DNA of 64,000 nt from an uncultured Acidobacteriota bacterium (GTDB taxonomy: Bacteria; Acidobacteriota; Thermoanaerobaculia; Gp7-AA8), in the NCBI GenBank assembly GCA_963741955.1, contig CAVUKB010000007.1, positions 768,001 through 832,000 on the forward strand, in the 5' to 3' direction. Numbering within the stretch: the stretch's first letter is position 1; each line of letters starts with the position of its first letter. Position numbers and translations under genes: made by a program. Below are positions 60,405-64,000 of the stretch, piece by piece. The notes beneath the pieces were generated by a model, which was not told where the DNA came from, did no database searches, and saw nothing but the letters and a program-made list of their open reading frames with translations.

Positions 60405-61166
60405 ATGTACAAGCGAGTGTTGAGTATCGTTTTGCCCCTGGTATCCGTCTGTCCAATCGTGATGGCTCAACCGGTGAGTTCTGCCGACGCCATTCTCCCG
60501 GTGGTCGGGTCGACGGCAGGCGCGCACGGAGCGAATTTCAAGACCGGCTTTCAGATGAACAACCGGACGGACGAGGCGATGTCCGGATGGCTCGTCTTTC
60601 ATTCCCAGGGGGTGGCGGCGACGGCAGGTGACGCGAAGCTTCACTACGACCTTCCGCCGCATGCGACGCTCGCGGCGGACGACGTGGTCGCGGAGATGGG
60701 GGCAAGCGGCCTCGGTTCGATGGATCTGGTCGTCGAGCAGGGGGACGTTCCGACCATCGTGGCCCGCGCCTACGACGATCAGGAGAGCGGTACCACCGGA
60801 GTGATGGTTCCTTTGTTCGATCCTGCCCGGGCACTGGCCATGGGCGATTCGCTGTCGCTCATCGTTCCGCGCGATCTCGAGCGGTTCCGATTCAACATCG
60901 GGGTGCGAACACTCGATCAGGGAGCCACGGTGGCCGTGGTCGTGCGTGGAGAGGATGGCATCGTCCGCTCCGAGCTCGGCGAGATGACCTGGCCGGCCGG
61001 GTACTTCATCCAGCAGCCGGCGAATCAGTTCACCGGAGTCGCGCTTCTCCCGAATGAGAGCATCGGCTTTCAGGTCGTCCAGGGGAGCGCAATCATTTAC
61101 GGCACCACCGTCGACAACAGCACCAACGATTCGAGCATCCAGATTCTTCAACGACGGAATCCCTGA
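60405..61166 (+). CDS. Secreted hypothetical protein (PVVGSTAGAHG domain)
   Basis: Signal peptide; homologous over its length to the N-terminal domain of the next gene. Confidence 0.75.
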   Translation: MYKRVLSIVLPLVSVCPIVMAQPVSSADAILPVVGSTAGAHGANFKTGFQMNNRTDEAMSGWLVFHSQGVAATAGDAKLHYDLPPHATLAADDVVAEMGASGLGSMDLVVEQGDVPTIVARAYDDQESGTTGVMVPLFDPARALAMGDSLSLIVPRDLERFRFNIGVRTLDQGATVAVVVRGEDGIVRSELGEMTWPAGYFIQQPANQFTGVALLPNESIGFQVVQGSAIIYGTTVDNSTNDSSIQILQRRNP

Positions 61167-61324
61167 ACTTCCCGGAGGTGACGAGCCGCCGCCGATTCCG
61201 GCTCGCGCACCGAGTCTCGCATGGTGAAGGGGGGCATCCCTTTCACCAGCATGCAGAAATCCGATCGGACGCCCAGCAGGATTCGCACGTCCACATTCAG
61301 AGAAGCGAAAGAAGGGTTCAGGTG

Positions 61325-64000
61325 ATGAGAGCACTCTCGCGCGTACCGCTGCTCAGTCTCGCCATTTTGCTGTCCGCTGTCGCGGTTCTCGCTCAGGCGC
61401 CACCGACCGGTGCGATGCAGGTCATTCCGGTCGTCGGCTCCACCGCCGGCGCGCACGGCGCACAGTTCCGGACCGAGCTCCAGCTCCAGAATCCGACCGG
61501 TGCGACCATCAGCGGAACCATCGTCTATCACCCTGCGGGACAGCCGGGATCTCCGGCGGATCCGCAGCTGCGCTACTCGCTCGATCCATTCGCCGTGAAG
61601 TCGTACGCCGACGTCGTTGCCGAGATGGGGCAGAGTGGACTCGGCTCCATGGACGTCGTGGCGGATTCGGGGATGGCCCTCCCGGACGCGGTGGTGCGCG
61701 CCTACAACACGCGCGAGGATGGCGGAACGACCGGGAGCTCGATCCCGGTGCTGAGCCCCGATGACGCGATGCAGAGCGGCGACCTCGCTTCCCTGATCGT
61801 ACCGGCCGACCTCGGGCGCTACCGGCTGAACGTCGGCATCCGCACCCTCGGAGAGCCGACCTCGATCCGGCTGCGCGTCTACGGTTCCGACGGAACCCAG
61901 CGCGGCGACGCCGTCAGCCTGAGCTATCCCGCGAACTATTTCGAACAGAAACCGGTCGACCAGCTCATTCCTTTCGCCGTCCAGCCGAACGACTCCATCG
62001 TCTTCGAGATCGAATCGGGAAGCGCGTTCGTCTACGGGACGAACACGGACAACCGGACCAACGACCCCAGCGTTCAGATCGATCGTTTCTTCGGGAAACA
62101 ACATGGTGCAAAGGACCAGACCGTCGAGACGGATGAAGACACGCCCGTGGACATCACCCTCGAGGGAGTTGCCCCGGGACGGCGCGTGCTCGACTTCAGC
62201 ATCGTTTCCGGCCCGGCGCACGGAACGCTCTCGTCCCAGACCCGCATCGACGACGAGCACGTGAAGCTGACCTACACTCCGTCGCAGGACTACAACGGAA
62301 CGGACTCGTTCGATTTCCAGGTGTCTGATCCCCTCACCGGAAAGTCCGACCAGGCCACCGTTCACATCATCGTCCATCCGGTGAACGACGCGCCGACCGC
62401 TCAGCCCAACAGTGTGACGGCGGATGAGGACACCCAGGTCACCGTCGATCTGATCGGCGCCGACGTCGATCACGACACGTTGACGTACAGCATTCTGACG
62501 CCGCCCTCGCACGGCACACTGGACGCTGTGACGAAGATCAGCGACCTCCTCGCGCGCGTCGATTACACACCCGACGCGAACTACAATGGATCGGATTCAT
62601 TCGAGTTCCAGGTGAGCGACGGAAGCCTGACGGCGACGGCGACGGTCACGATCGACGTACGCCCGGTCGACGATGCTCCGGTCGCCACCGCCGACTCGTA
62701 CACGTTGCTCGAAGACCAGACGCTCAACGAGGCGGCCCCCGGCGTTCTCGCCAATGACACCGATACCGAAGGCGATCCGCTCACCGCGATCCTGGTGAGC
62801 GGTGCGAGCCACGGAACGGTCACCCTGAACGCCGATGGCTCGTTCACGTACGTCCCCGTCGCGGACTATTTCGGTTCCGATGCCTTCACCTACAAGTCGA
62901 ACGACGGAACGCTCGACTCGGGAGTGGTGTCCGTGAGCCTCACCATCACTCCGGTCAATGATGCACCGAGCTTCGCGAAGGGGGCGGACCAGACCGTGCT
63001 GGAAGACTCCGGCGCGCATTCCGTCTCGAACTGGGCGACGGCGATCAGCGCCGGACCGAACGAGGCCACGCAGACGGTCGTCTTCAACGTCACCGGCAAC
63101 AGTAATCCCGCGCTGTTCAGTACCGCCCCGGCGATTGCGCCGAACGGAACGCTGACGTTCACCTCTGCGCCCGACGCCAACGGTTCGGCAACCATCACCA
63201 TCGCGCTTCAGGACAACGGCGGAACCGCGAACGGCGGCGTGGATACCTCCGCGACGCAGACGTTCACGATCACGGTGACGGCGGTCAATGACGCTCCGGT
63301 CTTCACGAAAGGGGCGGACCAGACGGTGCTCGAGGATGCAGGAGCGCAGACGATCGCCAACTGGGCGAGTGCGATGAGCGCCGGACCATCCGACGAATCG
63401 ACGCAGACCGTGGCCTTCAACGTGACGGCGAACAGCAATGCGGCGCTCTTCAGTGCTCAGCCGGCAATCTCGCCGTCCGGAACACTGACCTACACGCCCG
63501 CTGCGAACGCGTACGGGTCGGCGACGATCACCATCGCGCTTCAGGACGACGGCGGAACGGCCAACGGCGGCGTGGATACTTCCGCGACTCAGACGTTCGT
63601 CATCAATGTCACTCCGGTCAACGACGCCCCGAGCTTCACCGGAGGAGCGAATCAGACCGTCCTGGAGGACGCGGGAGCGCAGAGCATCACGAACTGGGCG
63701 ACGGCGATCAGCGCCGGACCGAACGAGGCCACGCAGATCGTCTCGTTCGTGGTCGACTCGAACAGCAATCCGGCGCTCTTCGCGTCCGGACCGGCGGTGT
63801 CGTCGAACGGGACGTTGACCTGGACACCAGCTCTCAACGCGAACGGCTCCGCCACCATCACCCTCCACGCGATGGACGACGGTGGGACGGCGAACGGCGG
63901 AGTGGATGTCTCGCCGTCGCAGACATTTACGCTCACCGTCACCGCGGTCAATGATGCTCCGTCGTTCACCTCTGGCGGCGACGTCACCGTCGCCGAAGAC
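61325..64000 (+). CDS. Large secreted/surface protein with Ig/cadherin-like (tandem-95/Big-type) repeats, truncated by window edge
   Basis: Not in the ORF track (no stop in window). ATG 61325 reads in frame to the window end; signal peptide; repeated VNDAP, YTP..DYNG.DSF and TFT..P..NG motifs. Confidence 0.88.
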   Translation, partial: MRALSRVPLLSLAILLSAVAVLAQAPPTGAMQVIPVVGSTAGAHGAQFRTELQLQNPTGATISGTIVYHPAGQPGSPADPQLRYSLDPFAVKSYADVVAEMGQSGLGSMDVVADSGMALPDAVVRAYNTREDGGTTGSSIPVLSPDDAMQSGDLASLIVPADLGRYRLNVGIRTLGEPTSIRLRVYGSDGTQRGDAVSLSYPANYFEQKPVDQLIPFAVQPNDSIVFEIESGSAFVYGTNTDNRTNDPSVQIDRFFGKQHGAKDQTVETDEDTPVDITLEGVAPGRRVLDFSIVSGPAHGTLSSQTRIDDEHVKLTYTPSQDYNGTDSFDFQVSDPLTGKSDQATVHIIVHPVNDAPTAQPNSVTADEDTQVTVDLIGADVDHDTLTYSILTPPSHGTLDAVTKISDLLARVDYTPDANYNGSDSFEFQVSDGSLTATATVTIDVRPVDDAPVATADSYTLLEDQTLNEAAPGVLANDTDTEGDPLTAILVSGASHGTVTLNADGSFTYVPVADYFGSDAFTYKSNDGTLDSGVVSVSLTITPVNDAPSFAKGADQTVLEDSGAHSVSNWATAISAGPNEATQTVVFNVTGNSNPALFSTAPAIAPNGTLTFTSAPDANGSATITIALQDNGGTANGGVDTSATQTFTITVTAVNDAPVFTKGADQTVLEDAGAQTIANWASAMSAGPSDESTQTVAFNVTANSNAALFSAQPAISPSGTLTYTPAANAYGSATITIALQDDGGTANGGVDTSATQTFVINVTPVNDAPSFTGGANQTVLEDAGAQSITNWATAISAGPNEATQIVSFVVDSNSNPALFASGPAVSSNGTLTWTPALNANGSATITLHAMDDGGTANGGVDVSPSQTFTLTVTAVNDAPSFTSGGDVTVAED
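62954..64000 (+). repeat. Intragenic tandem repeats of 330-333 bp
   Basis: GTCAAYGAYGCNCCG (VNDAP) at about 62954, 63284, 63617 and 63947 with conserved GGAAC.GC.AACGGCGG.GTGGAT blocks. Confidence 0.85.

Noticed and set aside
62954-64000. Repeats as a mobile element or diversity-generating cassette
   Set aside because: They are in-frame protein domain repeats; no reverse transcriptase or transposase nearby

Overview
GC-rich bacterial chromosomal window with about 55 protein-coding genes and no rRNA, tRNA, CRISPR array, integrase or transposase that I can recognise. Gene content (DUF1844/DUF4388 cluster, 'PVVGSTAGAHG' secreted-domain family, Mtr-type locus) suggests Acidobacteriota, possibly Thermoanaerobaculia; this is inference. 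In order: (1) Tat molybdo-oxidoreductase with cytochrome b, and a ZIP transporter; (2) PerR-rubrerythrin-DUF3501-FeS oxidoreductase with two visible operators; (3) a leftward DUF2892-TolC-MFP-RND-USP-methyltransferase-Zn ribbon-DUF302 operon next to two paralogous CxxxC ArsR regulators and a TauE exporter; (4) a possibly structured non-coding element and two cupredoxin lipoproteins; (5) housekeeping genes clpB, aspA, thpR, nrdR, lon, bioY, glnA and an MMPL; (6) MarR-DoxX-nitroreductase; (7) a periplasmic Pao/Xdh-type Mo-FeS-FAD enzyme followed by a small Cys-rich ORF; (8) a complete porin-cytochrome conduit (mtrC-mtrA-mtrB-like, 10+10 hemes) whose MtrC has no lipoprotein anchor, preceded by an NrfJ-like lipoprotein, both with CRP/FNR-type boxes; (9) a CoA transferase and two secreted proteins sharing an uncharacterised domain, the second a large Ig/cadherin-repeat protein cut by the window end. 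Three genes show apparent frameshifts, which may be assembly errors. All calls come from reading motifs by eye; no database searches were run.
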